A stretch of DNA of 64,000 bases from Podarcis pityusensis (Eukaryota). The stretch lies in the NCBI GenBank assembly GCA_964106645.2, contig OZ067049.1. One strand, given 5' to 3'. Below are positions 49,514 to 61,552 of this stretch, piece by piece. The notes beneath the pieces were generated by a model. That model was not told the DNA's origin, ran no database searches, and saw only the letters and a list, made by a program, of their open reading frames with translations. The translations under genes and the position numbers were made by a program. Position 1 is the first letter of the stretch. Each line of letters begins with the position of its first letter.

Positions 49514-52353
49514 CTGAAAAACAAAAACCAGCTCGTTTAAGTTGTTTTCCATATAAGCACCATAAGGAATAGCTTCAAGATATCATATGTCAACTTTATG
49601 TTATACAATCAAGTAGCTCAGCTACCAGTGCAAGATCGTGTAGCGACTGCTAGTTATTAGAACTAAAGGATGTTTTGCACAATGGCAGCAGTAAATACAA
49701 AGTAATCTCTGAAAATCATCAGGTGTCTTCTGCTTGTCACACATTTCCCCAATACCAATGTGCTCTTAGGGAACAGAGCTATGATATGACTTACCACAGA
49801 TAAAATCAGCTATAAACTATTATTGATTTAAGCCATATTATATGTAGTTACAATTTCTTGGTAAGGATTAAGAAAAAGGTCTAAGCTGCAATCATATGTG
49901 CACTTCCTTGACAGTAAATTGCACTGAACTTGGTAGGACTTAGTTCTGAGTAAACGTGCACAGGACCATACTTGGGAAAAGTGGACTAGGCCACATCCCA
50001 GCTGTGTTCACCAAGTGTTCAGAAGAATGATGAACACTATCTGTCTCTTGAGATATTAACAAACCCCCACAAATGCATATAAATTTCACAATGCTTTACT
50101 CTATTTTAAGTTCAACAAGTACAGTACTACTTAACATTAAGAGTATGTAATTTTAAAATGCCTTTGGCTTTTCTACAAGTAAAAATTGTGGGCCCTCACA
50201 GAAAATAGAGACGAACAAAAGCCAATCATTGCTAACCAGCCACAACAGATCTGGTGAAACCACAAGCATGTATAGAAAGCTTTGGCAAAATTACTACTGC
50301 TTTAAATAATTCCTTTTAGCTGCAAGTAGCAGACCACACCTAACACACTGGCATGTGTATTTATATATCTAGCAGCTGAGTGATTAATATTTTTTTCTGC
50401 TTATAAGTTGTACAGTTTTAAACTGTATCTACTAAATGAAAAACAGCTTTTTCTATCACACAACAGACACTGATGGCTGAAGAATGACTGAATACAGTGT
50501 CAGCAATAATAAACTAACAAAGCCTACTATGGGTGGCCAGGCTAAAAGTAATAAACTGAGCAATGCTGAAAATTACTTATCCAATTAATCAGAACTAGAG
50601 GACAAAATCCTATTTTCATACTTTGTGACTTGAAGTTATTACCATTTTTTTCCTAGCATTTGTAATAGAACATGTGAAGCAACTTGAGCCAACGAGAATA
50701 GAGTAAACAACTATGAAGATTCCGAGAAAGCACCCTTGAAAAGCTGCCATTTTTTAAAAAAGGTAAAACTGCTTCTTTATAGATTTTAAAAGCTAACATT
50801 AAAAAGTATAGAACCAATTTCAGTGACTAAGAAAAATATAGTTTAGAAACACAGACATGTAGACAAATGTTTACTTAGGTGAACTAATTCCAAATGCTTC
50901 ACATTTGATTGCATAATAGATTTAATAAGTACCATATGAAGGGAAAGAGCATACAATGTTATTTTTTTAACTTGAGAATTGAGAATTCCTGTAAACTAGA
51001 GTAATTTCCTGCAAAACTCTCCCTGCACGTTTGCTTTCTAATAGAACCAAAATTGTTGCATAACAAAATTGTTGCATACCAAAACCACAGAGAAAAAAAA
51101 TATGAAAAAAATCTATATGCTCAACAGGTGGACAGTTCCATGGAGCTCTGTGCAGTCCTGAGATATGCTAACAACAAATGAAAACTTCAGCTGGAGTACA
51201 AGGGCAAAAGATGAATAAACCAAAGGGAGTTTTGGGGATCCTTAAAGATTTGTAGTGCAAGTTTACTCAGAAACAAGGTTAATAGTCAGGGCTGGCCCAC
51301 CAAGGTGAGGAAACCACCTTGGGCAGCATAATCCAGAGGGACAACAGATCTCAATGTAGATCTTTATTCTCCCCTTGCACCTGATACAGATCTTCACTCA
51401 CCCCTTCCTCCCTGGTGAAGAGAGAGGTCACCATTTTGTGGTTTGGCTCAGGTCCTAAAATGTCTTGGGCTGGCCCTGTCAATAGTGCTCACTCCCAGAG
51501 AAGTGTACATAAGGTTGCAGCCTAAGAGATCGTGGCATAAACTCCTTTGGACTAGATCCCATAGCATCAAATGTGTGGATTGCATCAGATGAATTCACTT
51601 GATGAACCAGACTCCAGTCCACAGAAGCTGATGTAACAAAGAACTTGATTAAGCACTTTAAGGTAACCTAGACTTGTTTGCTTTTGGTTTTGCTGTGATA
51701 GATGCACATAGCTACTCCACTGCAATTTGCTTGAATGCAAGCCAGTAAGAAAAGATGGAGATAACATTCCACACCCACCCCATCCCTCTTGGGAGCATTA
51801 TCCAGACACACACACCCCAAAGCAAAATCGTTTTCACCCTCCTTTCGCCCCTGGCCTCAGCTTACACTGCTTTGGAAGCCCAACCCATGAATACAAGGAC
51901 AGAGGACCAGGGGTACCCCCCACTTAACAGAATGAGCCCCCTAATGCAACAGGACTGACTTCCCACAACTTGAAGTGAGTGCAGTCATAGACTTTGCTAT
52001 CTGTAGCAGCTTTTGCCAACCTGGCGCCCCTCCAGATGTTGTCTGGCTGTGTTGTCTGGGGCTGGCAGTCCAACAGCATCTGGGGGGTACCAAGCTGATC
52101 TATGGGGGAGGGGGTCCATAAGACCATTAAGCCTTATGGCCTCTCCACACTAAACTGCACCTCTTATACACACACACACACAGTCATCTCAAGCAGGACC
52201 CTACTAGGCGGTGTCCCAAAAGGCCATCTCTCATCACCAGCGACCACCTCAACCCCCCCCCCACACCCTTTTGCTCTGGCATTGCCCCACAGCGGCCACC
52301 CCGTGCCGCCCCCACTCTCCCACACGCGTCGATCGCACCGCAACTGCCCTCAC

Positions 52354-52483
52354 CGAAATCCAGGAACTGCTTGATGGACAGCGGCGACGGAGAGTAGCGG
52401 GCAAAATGCTCCACCTCTCGATGCGCCCGCTCCCCGCCCGCCAAGGGGGCCGCGCTGCGAATCGCGATGCGAGCGGCCTTCAT
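52354..52483 (-). CDS. PDK4: PDK4 coding exon 1 of 11 (pyruvate dehydrogenase kinase 4)
   Basis: gccATGaag start; MKAARIAIRSAAPLAGGERAHREVEHFARYSPSPLSIKQFLDFG (the MKAAR start is typical of PDK4); donor G|gtgag; 130 nt. Neighbouring ASB4 supports the PDK4 paralogue. Confidence 0.96.
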
Positions 52484-52863
52484 GGCTCCGCGGCGCCAGC
52501 AGCAGCGAACCGATGACCGTGAGCAACGGCTGGAGTGTATGTGTTTCTGCGCGGTTCCTCCGCTCGAACCCTTTCGCCTCGCGCCCTGCACGTGCGGCCC
52601 CTTATTTACCACTTCGACCCCTCCCTCCGGGGGGCGTGTCCGGAGCGCGAGCGCCAAGCCACGCCCCCTCTCCGGAGGCTAACTGCCCCGAGCTGGCTCT
52701 TCCCACAGCCACCTCCCCCCTTTCCAGGTATCTCGCGTGCGTGTGTGGCGACCTTTAGCCCTTCGCCGCTTAGAAGGCTCGGCTGCTGTGGGAGGAAAGG
52801 GAGAGGGGCGTGGCGGAGGAGGTGGCACAGGGAAAGTGGGTGTGTCTTTCTCTCTCTCGACCC

Positions 52864-52879
52864 ACTTGCCCTTGTTTAC
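52864..52879 (-). promoter_or_regulatory. Composite FOXO (DBE) / nuclear-receptor half-site upstream of PDK4
   Basis: - strand GTAAACAAGGGCAAGT: perfect DBE GTAAACAA (52872-52879) overlapping CAAGGGCA, ~390 nt upstream of the ATG. Confidence 0.7.
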
Positions 52880-53270
52880 GCGGTTGGGGGATGGAAGGAC
52901 ACGGTGTCATCCTCCCTCGTCCAAGTCCCGAGCCTTAGTTCTCTCCCCCCCGCCCCCCTCCTGCCGTTGGAGAAACCGTCAAATGACCGGCGCGAGACTG
53001 AGCCGTTGGAGTTGGGAGGGCGGGGGGAGAAGAGAGAATGGAGCGCGGCCAGACCCGCTCGTCATTGGCGGGTCGTTTTACCAGAAAGGGCCAATGGGAA
53101 GGCTGTATCCGTACTGTGGGCGCTTTGACTTCGGGCGGGCCTCGGGCGATAAACAGCTCGGCCCGATTCCTGAGGGAGGAGGCGGGATGTGCCGGTTTTT
53201 CCAAGAAGCAGGAGAACACCCGGCGCGGGGGCGCTTCAAGGGACGGGAAACGAGGCCGAGGGGGTGGGGG

Positions 53271-53674
53271 CAGGGCCGGATTTAGGTTTGATGAGGCCTT
53301 AAGCTACTGAAGGTAATGGGGCCCTTTATATGTCCAGCTGTCCTTTCTCAACAATTTGTCGCTGTTTTTTGTGCTGAATACTGTATATGCTTTATGGTAA
53401 TTGATGGACCTAACAGGTATCTAAAGCCATTTGCACATGCAAAATGCCGGCACCCTATATATAGAAATGAGCAAACCAGTGATATTTTAGGGAGCAGGCT
53501 AGCAGGCGGGGCCCATTGCTTACATCCCAGGAGCCTACACAACACAAAACGCTGTTGCTGTATGTAGGTTTTATTTTACTTGTTTTTTATCTTATATTTG
53601 GAAATGTACACCCAGTTTTTCCCCCTTTAATTTTTTGGGGGGGCCCTAAGCTATAGCTTGTTTAGCTTATATGT
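53271..53674. mobile_element. hAT (Tip100-like) MITE at the edge of the PDK4 CpG island; right TIR missing
   Basis: Left TIR CAGGGCCGGATTTAG is identical to that at 57068; abrupt drop in GC; GTGGGGG on both flanks (TSD remnant). Confidence 0.65.
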
Positions 53675-55237
53675 GGGGGAGCGTGTGGCGGCGGCTGCAC
53701 ATTGTGAGAGAAATGTGCTCGCTCCCTGAAAAGAGAAGAAGTGCCCTTCTGAAAAATTATCCTCCCCCACCCTAGCAAAACATCCTAAATATAAACCATC
53801 CCGTTTTAGCACACAAATCAAGATGTGCTCCTTCCAATGGTTTCACGGACTTGAGGCTGGAAGGGGGTTGTTTTCTGGCGCTGCAATCGGTTAGTTGTCA
53901 CGATAGCATGATTGCAATATCTTCACATTCTTTTGAGGGGAGTTGGTGTTCAAGAAGCGCTGGGAAAGTGAGGCTTTTAAAAGAATGGTAAACGTGGAAT
54001 TAGGCAGCGTTCGAACCATGGAGGTGGGGTTTTTTCCCCCCCAAAGGGTAGCGTCATTCCTTTTTTATATACTTTTTTTTACTTTTATATACCAGCATTT
54101 CTCCATGATGTGCAAGGAGAGGCCACACGTGGTTCCTCCCTTCCCTGTTTTATCCAACAACAACCCTGTGAGGTAGGTTAGGCTAAGAGACAGTGACTGG
54201 CTCAAGGTTGCCCAGTGAGCTTAATGAGTGAGTGGGGATTTGAACTCTCATTCCATAAGTGCCAAAGGAGCCAACTTCTAGGGGCTGTGGGGGCTTCATA
54301 AAGTAGATGGGCATTTCCATTCAAATGGTGTGTGTGCACTGTGTTGATTATGCGGGGTGGCCACTCTTTTCTTCCCAACCCTATACAGTACTGCATATAA
54401 CACCAGTGTCTAACAACAAATGTAACTGAAGAACCTGAAGAGACAGTGCATGTGCTTTTGAAAACAAGGGGAAATTATTATTTTTTTAAAGAAGAAAAGG
54501 AGTGTGTGGCAGCCCCCAGTATTTAAAGAGCCCCCACCCCTATTACATATAAGAACCAGAACATAAACCTATGAAACTAGAAAAGAGCAAAAAATATCAA
54601 TGTTTGGTCTAGATCCTAGGTACTGCACCCTCACTAAAGGAGACTGTATGGATGATTCACTAAATGATTGTAGGATGGTGTGTATACCTGAGCTTATGGC
54701 CTCAAATTCTCTTTATCTTATATGCTGCTTTATTACAAAAATGACGACTAGACTACTGATCCTAAAATGAATAGTTAGTTGCTCAACCACCCCTTCCAGA
54801 ACCACCTCTCTCAACTGACTCTCAACTGCCTCACATTCAAACTCCCTTTCAAATCCTCATCCAATCCTCACTCACCACCAGAATTCCACACTCTCCCTTT
54901 CCCCCTCCCTCCTTGACATTCCCATAATAATTCTGATACAATTACCTTAATAACCCTATTACATTCAATATTTTATACATGATGCTCCCTATAATCATAC
55001 TGTTAGAAGCACTTGAGCTTTCCATTCCTGGTTCCTAGGAAATGGGAGTGAGCAAACTGCAAGTTCTTTATCCCTGTTCTAAAAACCAATTGTCTTCCCC
55101 CAAATGATCCTGGGAATTGTAGTTTGTTAGGGGTTCTGGGGATTGTAGGTCTGTGAAAGGAAAGCCACAATGGCATGAATCATTTCGGGGGAAGTCATGT
55201 GCTTTAAAGGTGCATTGGATGCTCTTTAAAATATAGC

Positions 55238-55445
55238 ATCATAGAATTGTAGAGTTGGAAGGGACCATGAGGGTCATCTAGTCCAACCCCTGCAATGCAG
55301 GAATCTCAACTAGATGATCCATGACCGATGGCCATCCAAGCGCTGCTTAAAAACCTCCAAGGAAGGAGAGTCACTTCTTCAGGCCCTAAGGGCTTCTAGA
55401 GCAGGAGAAAGCAAGCTTGCTCCATCCTCCATGTGACAGCCCTTT
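55238..55445 (-). mobile_element. CR1 3'-end fragment
   Basis: Reverse-complement similarity to 39360-39490; similar short tails at ~17227-17295 (-) and ~55600-55680 (+). Confidence 0.7.
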
Positions 55446-56649
55446 AGACTTTAGTTATTGAAAGGACTGCATGGTGTGGATCTCATATCAGTGTTATGAG
55501 AGTGTAAGCAACAGATTTCTCTCTCCCCTTTCTCCACACCATGCAGAATTACAATGGTAACCAGAAGCCTGGAGTTTGGAGCCCAGCCAGGGCTGGCTGT
55601 GGGCAGGATCCTTGCATTGCCGGGGGTTGTACTAGATGACCCTTGGGATCCCTTCCAACTTTGCCATGCTCTGATTATATCAAGCAGCTAAAGGAACAAA
55701 AAGATGCTTCTGAAACATTTGGGAATCATAGGAACACTCTCCCCATCAGTGGCTTCCAGCAAGAGCTTGCATCTTCCTTAGAAGAGAGGCAGGTCAGAAC
55801 AAGGGGGGGAAGGCTCAGAGTTCAGGTAGGTAGAAATGCCAGTTGAGTGCCCTATACTATAGGAATGCTTCCTTCCCGTGTCCCCCACCCTCATGCGCCA
55901 GACTGGAGCTAGCATGGCTGGGAGCCAGGTGCCTGCTCATTCCTCCATTTTCTTTGCAGGGAGGGAGACTTTCCCCAACATATACTTTGTTCTGGCCAAA
56001 TCCCTGGAGTGACGTAACGACCCTCGGGTACTGGGGCAGAGGGAAGGAAGGGGTCCTTGAGAAACACATTTGGGGAGTCTGTGGCTTCCAGCAAGTGCTT
56101 TTCAGAAGCATTGCTCCCTCCCAACAGGGGAGGCTGAGCATAGCCATCACAGCTAGTTGCCTTTGATAGGCCTCTCCTCCATGCAATTGTCTAGCCCTCT
56201 TTGAAAGCCATCCCATCCAAGATGCTCTTGTGATGCATCTGATTCTCCTATGCTTCCTTGCCCCCGCAAGGAGATGTCTATTGTTAGATCCTTTGGTTAA
56301 CATCTATCTGGGCTGGAAAATATTAAGAATCAGAGGACTGGTGAGCTTCCCTTGAAGCACAACTGATCAAAGACAGGCAGATCTGTTAGCACCTTGATAA
56401 AGATGCTCAGACGACAAAGGATGCTATCATACCCCGCAAGCATCTCAGAAAAAGCTCCCAAGCTGATGGAGAAGAGAGCAGTTAAGTGGTCAGTGGGGCT
56501 CCAGGTTGCCGTTTCTGGATCCCACCACAGCCCTTCCAAGTTGCCCAAGAAATCAATATCATGGCAGTATTTTCCTTGCACCTCCTCCCCATGATCCCAC
56601 GTTGGGCCTTCTCAGACATATGCTGTGTCCGAACCAGCAGATCCCATCA

Positions 56650-57030
56650 AACCAAGTAATCGAGGACCCAGTCAGAAAAGGAGTGTGCACAGTCATACTA
56701 CAAATAAGTAAAATAACTAAACAGGCACTAGAAGTCACCCCAGAACTGGCCCTACTGAACACCTTCCAATATAACTGCCCACTCAGAATAGAAAGAGCTC
56801 ATAACCCACCGACAGCATACAATTCAATATGGCTAACTTAACCCGACAACCCCCCTCACCCACGCACAAACAAATCCCACTGTGGCCAGCCAAAGATGAT
56901 CAACCACACCCTAGGCCACCCCAACCTCTTTCACTATCAAGGAAACATAACAAACGAATAGAAAGAGAACTTCCCCAAGTGATGCTGACAGAAAAACCCC
57001 AAGCATACATTAAATAAAAGAACAAGCTTT
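56650..57030 (+). mobile_element. Degenerate L1-like ORF2 C-terminal fragment
   Basis: A/C-rich strand bias; ISKITKQALEVTPELALLNTF resembles the L1 ORF2 C-terminal region. Confidence 0.4.
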
Positions 57031-57067
57031 TCTACCCCAGTCCCTCTCTCCTGTCCCGTCCCCCGTC

Positions 57068-58257
57068 CAGGGCCGGATTTAGATGAAGAAAGACCCTAGG
57101 CTACTTCACTTGTGAGGCCCCTCCCAATCCCTCACTCTCACGACTAGAAGAAAATGGAAGAGTGTTATAAACAAAATTGAGTGAAGCCAAGTATGATGGT
57201 GGGTATTTAAAATTCTGCAATTCACAATTTCTCCTCTAAAGGACATCAGAAAACTTCATCAAAATTTGTTTATCTAAGTTTGTCACTTTCAATGTAAAGA
57301 ATGCTCAGTGTGGACAACCTCTCTTGAGACATTGTGGCCCTTAATTCATTTTTAATTCTTTTGAGTCTTGAAAAACTCCTCTCTCCGAGCAGTTAGTGAC
57401 CATAAAGCTAAGAAATATTGCTTCCACATTAGGAAAGGCCATCTGAATTTTTCCCTTGTATATAATTTGATAAAGGTCTGTATGAGACAGAGAATGCTCT
57501 ACTGTAAGCCTATGGCTTTTCTCACGCACAAGTGAAAGTGCAAAAGTTCATCAATAAGTTACAGGTCAGTATCTTCTGGGTGTGCTTTCATCAACAGTTC
57601 AACTCCTTGCTGAATTTCTTGCTTAGATGCTATCAGAAAAGCAATAATGGAACAACAAATGTGCAACATCACTGTACGCAGTACTTCTTTTTAAATTGGC
57701 TTCGAGTGCATCTTAGGATGCACTTGAAGGATAAAATAATTTTATCCTAAACTTATCTCTTGAAGAAAGTGCATCTAAGGCATCAGGTGCACTTCTGTCA
57801 TTTTTTTTGCTGTTCCCTCACTCTTTGTCACCTTGTTTTGTAGTTAACATTTGGCTTTTGCTTGTTTCTCAAGCTCATCAAAATCTTCTCTTTAAAAAAT
57901 CCAGAAGTGAACTGTACAAACTTGCACAAGAACTCAATAACAGGTCTGATTTCTGAAGGGCTTTGCTGACCTTGTGAAAATGACCTAGCACACGGATTTA
58001 TATCTCTTAAGATTCTGCAGATTTTGGCTGTGAACTAGGGCCCCACAATTTTTTTTCAAGTTGGGCCCTACAGTTTCAAATTGGGCCCCACTGGCTGGCC
58101 CTGAGTCTCATCGTTGCTGGGCCCGAGTTGCCCTGCTCTTGGATGAAGTCTTGGGTTTGCAATTTTGGGAGAGGGGAGACTGCCCGCTGGGGGGCTGGGG
58201 AGGCCCCCTCGATTTAGAGGCTTCAGTCTACTTAGACTATACATAAATCCGGCACTG
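57068..58257 (-). mobile_element. Internally deleted hAT (Tip100-like) transposon with transposase C-terminal remnant
   Basis: TIRs CAGGGCCGGATTTA...TAAATCCGGCACTG; frameshifted - strand AFPNVE...VTNCS/ERSFSRLKRIKNELRATMSQERLSTLSILYIESD (hAT dimerisation domain). No matching 8-bp TSD. Confidence 0.8.
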
Positions 58258-58674
58258 GGGGCAGGGTTTACCAAGGCCCCCACAATATTTTATTCAAGTT
58301 GGCACCCCTGGTAGGTCCATCTGAGTCCTACAGTTTAATCTCTACACCATGTTGGCTCTCCAACACTTCACCAAATAGGGAGCAAGCTGAAGAGTTCCCC
58401 AGGAGTTTTATTCAGGCTGGATATTAAAGCAAACAAACAGAGGAGGGGCATGGATTAAAAAAAATAAACCCTGAATATACACTCTGTTGTTTCTCTTCCG
58501 CTGTTTTTTCTGTAACACACGAATCCACTTGGAATATGCACGTTATTTGAAAAAAACCACCCATGTAGTCCGCAGGGATGCAGTGGCACCCTTGAAATCT
58601 TCATCTGACTTCTACAAAGCGTCTGAACACACACACAAATTCACATCCTGATCATGAGATGGCAAGGGTGATTA

Positions 58675-61552
58675 CGATACGATATGATACGATATGATAC
58701 GATATGATATCTTTATTGTCATTGTCCCTTGCGGAACAATGAAATTGAAAACTACATAAAACTACATAAAAACTACATAAAACTACCACAAAACTACATA
58801 AAACTACATAAAAACTACATAAAACTACTACAAAACTACATAAAACATTCAAAAACCCCTAAAAACTCTAAAACCCCATTTTAAAACACACTATACTACA
58901 GAAACTCCTTATGCTGAGTTTAGAACCAGAATTGCATTAGTGTAGAAACTGTTTTTCAGGCGGCTAGTCCTGGCCTTTATAACCCTATACCTTCTTCCAG
59001 AAGGCAGAAGCTGAAAGAGATCATTTCCGGGGTGCGTACTATCATGTGCTATCTCTGCCGCTTTCTTATGGCACCTGGCAGCATAGATTTGATATACGGT
59101 GGGAAGAGTGCACCCAATAATTCTCTCTGCAGTCTTTACAACCCTGGATAGCATTGTTTTTTCCGTGGCCGTGCAGCTCCCAAACCACACGCACAGACCA
59201 TAAGTTAGTATGCTCTCCACAGTGCAATGGTAGAATGCCATCAACAGGTCCTTTGAGAGATTGTTTTCCCGGAGGATTCTCAGAAAATATAACCTCTGCT
59301 GTGCTCTCTTCACCAGGTCTTTGCTGTTCTCTCCCCAGGTTAGGTCGTCTCTCAACTCCATTCCCAGAAATCGAAAAACAGAGACCTGTTCCACGCACTT
59401 CCCCTCAATAATAAGTGGCTGAATATTCAATTTACATTTCCTAAAGCCCACAATGATCTCTTTTGTTTTCTTTAAGTTAAGCAGTAAGTTGTTTTTCCTG
59501 CACCACTCCCCCAACTGCTCAACTTCCTTCCTATAGGCCGTCTCCCCCTCTCCAGCCGTAATTAAACCAACCACCGTTGTATCATCTGCAAACTTAATGA
59601 TCTTATTAGTGGGGTATTTGGGGGCACAGTCAGCTGTATAGAGCGTGTATAAAAGTGGGCTCCACACGCACCCCTGAGGCATCCCGTATTCGTGATGAGA
59701 TCCGCAGAGACGTGGGAACCCAACCTGACCCTTTGGGAACAGTTTGATAGAAAGTCTAATATCCACCTGCACAAACATGGTGGAAGTCCCAGGTCTAATA
59801 ATTTGGGCACCAATCTATGCAGAAGAATAGTATTAAATGCAGAACTAAAGTCTACAAATAACAGTCTCACGTAGTTCCCTTGCTTCTCCAAATGAGTCAG
59901 GACAGCATGTAAAGCCATTGCCACAGCATCCTCTGTGGATCTCTTTGCCTTGTACGCAAACTGGTAAGGGTCAAGTCCCACTGGCAGACAAGATAAGATG
60001 CGCTTCCTCACCAGTTTTTCGAAACATTTCATTATAATGGGTGTCAGCGCCACAGGGCGAAAATCATTCAGACTGTCTATCTTTGATGTTTTTGGCAGGG
60101 GTATAATGGTAGCAGATTTCAGACAGGGTGGAACAGTGGCTTGGGCCAGAGACTGGTTAAAAATCTTCGTAAAGATTCCTGCCAGTTGGTCCGAACAATC
60201 TCTTAGCACCCTGCCAGCCACCCCATCCGGGCCCATAGCCTTCCTCATGTTTACCTCCTTTAATATTCGCCTCACTTCTCCCTCTTCCACCCTGGCAGCA
60301 TTTCCTGTAGGTAGTGATGCCAATAGCTCTGGCATCCCTGTTGGAGTCACTGTTGGTGTCACCTCAAATCGGGCAAAGAAGGTATTCAACTCTCCCACCA
60401 AGGAAGCAGTACTCTGTACCACTGATGAATTCCTTGATTTATAACCAGTCAGATGTTGGACTCCCTGCCACATTTGTCTAGTATCATGATTTCTCAGATG
60501 GTCCTCAATTTTTCCTCTGTACTCCGCTTTTGCTTTCCTGATACCTCTCTTCAAGTTCGCTCTTTCTATGCCATACAATACCCGGTCCCCAGTTCTAAAA
60601 GCAGAATTTCTGGCCTTCAATAATCTCCTAACCTCTCCTGTCATCCAGGGCTTCCTATTCGGATACAACTTAACATACTTTTCCCTGGTGACATTTGCTG
60701 TGCAGAGTCTAATATAATCCAGGACCGTTGATGTATAAGTTTCTAGATCTTGATGGTCGAAGATATTCCAGTCGGTCTCCTGGAAACAGTCCTGCAGTTG
60801 CTGAGAGGCTCCCTCAGGCCACACCGTAACCATCCGTGTTTGTATCTGGCCTTGTTTCCTGAGGGGTGTGTATACTGGTGTCAGAAGCAGGGACACATGA
60901 TCTGAACCACCGAGGTGCGCCAAGGTCTTGACCTCATATGCCCGTCTAATGTTCGTATACACCTTGTCAAGAGTATTTTCTCCCCTTGTTGCACACTCAA
61001 TGTGCTGATGGAATTTTGGGAGTACTGCCCTCACATCTGTGTGATTGAAGTCCCCCGCAATAATGTGCACAGCCTCCGGGTATCTGCTCAATTTAGCATT
61101 GATGTTTTCATGCATACTGCTCATGGCCCTGCATGCATTTGCAGTTGGTGCTATGTACACCGCTGTTAACACCACTGTTGTAAATTCCCGGGGAAGATAG
61201 AAAGGTCTGCATTTAATTGTCAGAAATTCCACATCCGGAGAACAATAGGTATCCAACTTGACAGAGTCCGTGCACCAGTTTTGATTTACAAAAATACACA
61301 CACCCCACCTTGTTTCTTGCCAGAATCCTGTGTCCTGTCCCACCGGTACGTTGTAAAACCTTGTAATTCAACAGCTGTGTCTGGAATAGCTGAATTTAAC
61401 CATGTCTCTGTGAGTATCAGCACACAACAATCCTGGATGTCTTCCTCCACTCCTCCACGAAGCCTCCATTCGTCAAGTTTATTTGCCAATGATCTCACAT
61501 TAGCGTAAAAGATACTTGGAAGAGGTAGTTTGCATCGCTGTTTCCTTATCTT
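58675..61552 (-). mobile_element. Rex1/Babar-clade LINE, near-complete APE+RT ORF with two frameshifts
   Basis: LPLPSIFYANVRSLANKLDE, LTETWL, IAGDFN, SDH (APE); KAMGPDGV, DFRPVALT, LFVDFSSAFNTI, PQGCV, KFADDTTVVG, KRAQQRLYFLR (RT). ORFs 61286-61591, 59562-61343 and 58909-59778; 3' minisatellite and (RTATC)n tail. 5' boundary approximate. Confidence 0.9.
58747..58845. repeat. AAAACTACAT(A)-type minisatellite in the Rex1 3' UTR
   Basis: About 9 units of 10-11 bp with a 41-bp higher-order period. Confidence 0.9.

Larger units (their letters stand above)
52280..53270 (-). promoter_or_regulatory. CpG island / promoter of PDK4
   Basis: Sharp rise in GC and CpG density over exon 1 and ~800 bp upstream; GC boxes, CCAAT motifs (~53064, ~53091) and an AT-rich TAAATAA element at ~52602-52608. 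Confidence 0.85.

Noticed and set aside
52211-53310. Several overlapping 70-200-aa ORFs on both strands around PDK4 exon 1
   Set aside because: Expected by-product of a CpG island; low-complexity R/P/G/A content. Only the MKAAR...LDFG part is coding.
53271-58257. Possible 5-kb composite hAT bounded by the TIRs at 53271 and 58257
   Set aside because: Flanks do not form an 8-bp TSD, and a separate left TIR exists at 57068; two independent elements fit better.
58675-58850. Regular short repeats that might suggest a CRISPR-like array
   Set aside because: Tandem units with no unique spacers; they are the 3' UTR and tail of the Rex1 LINE in a vertebrate genome.
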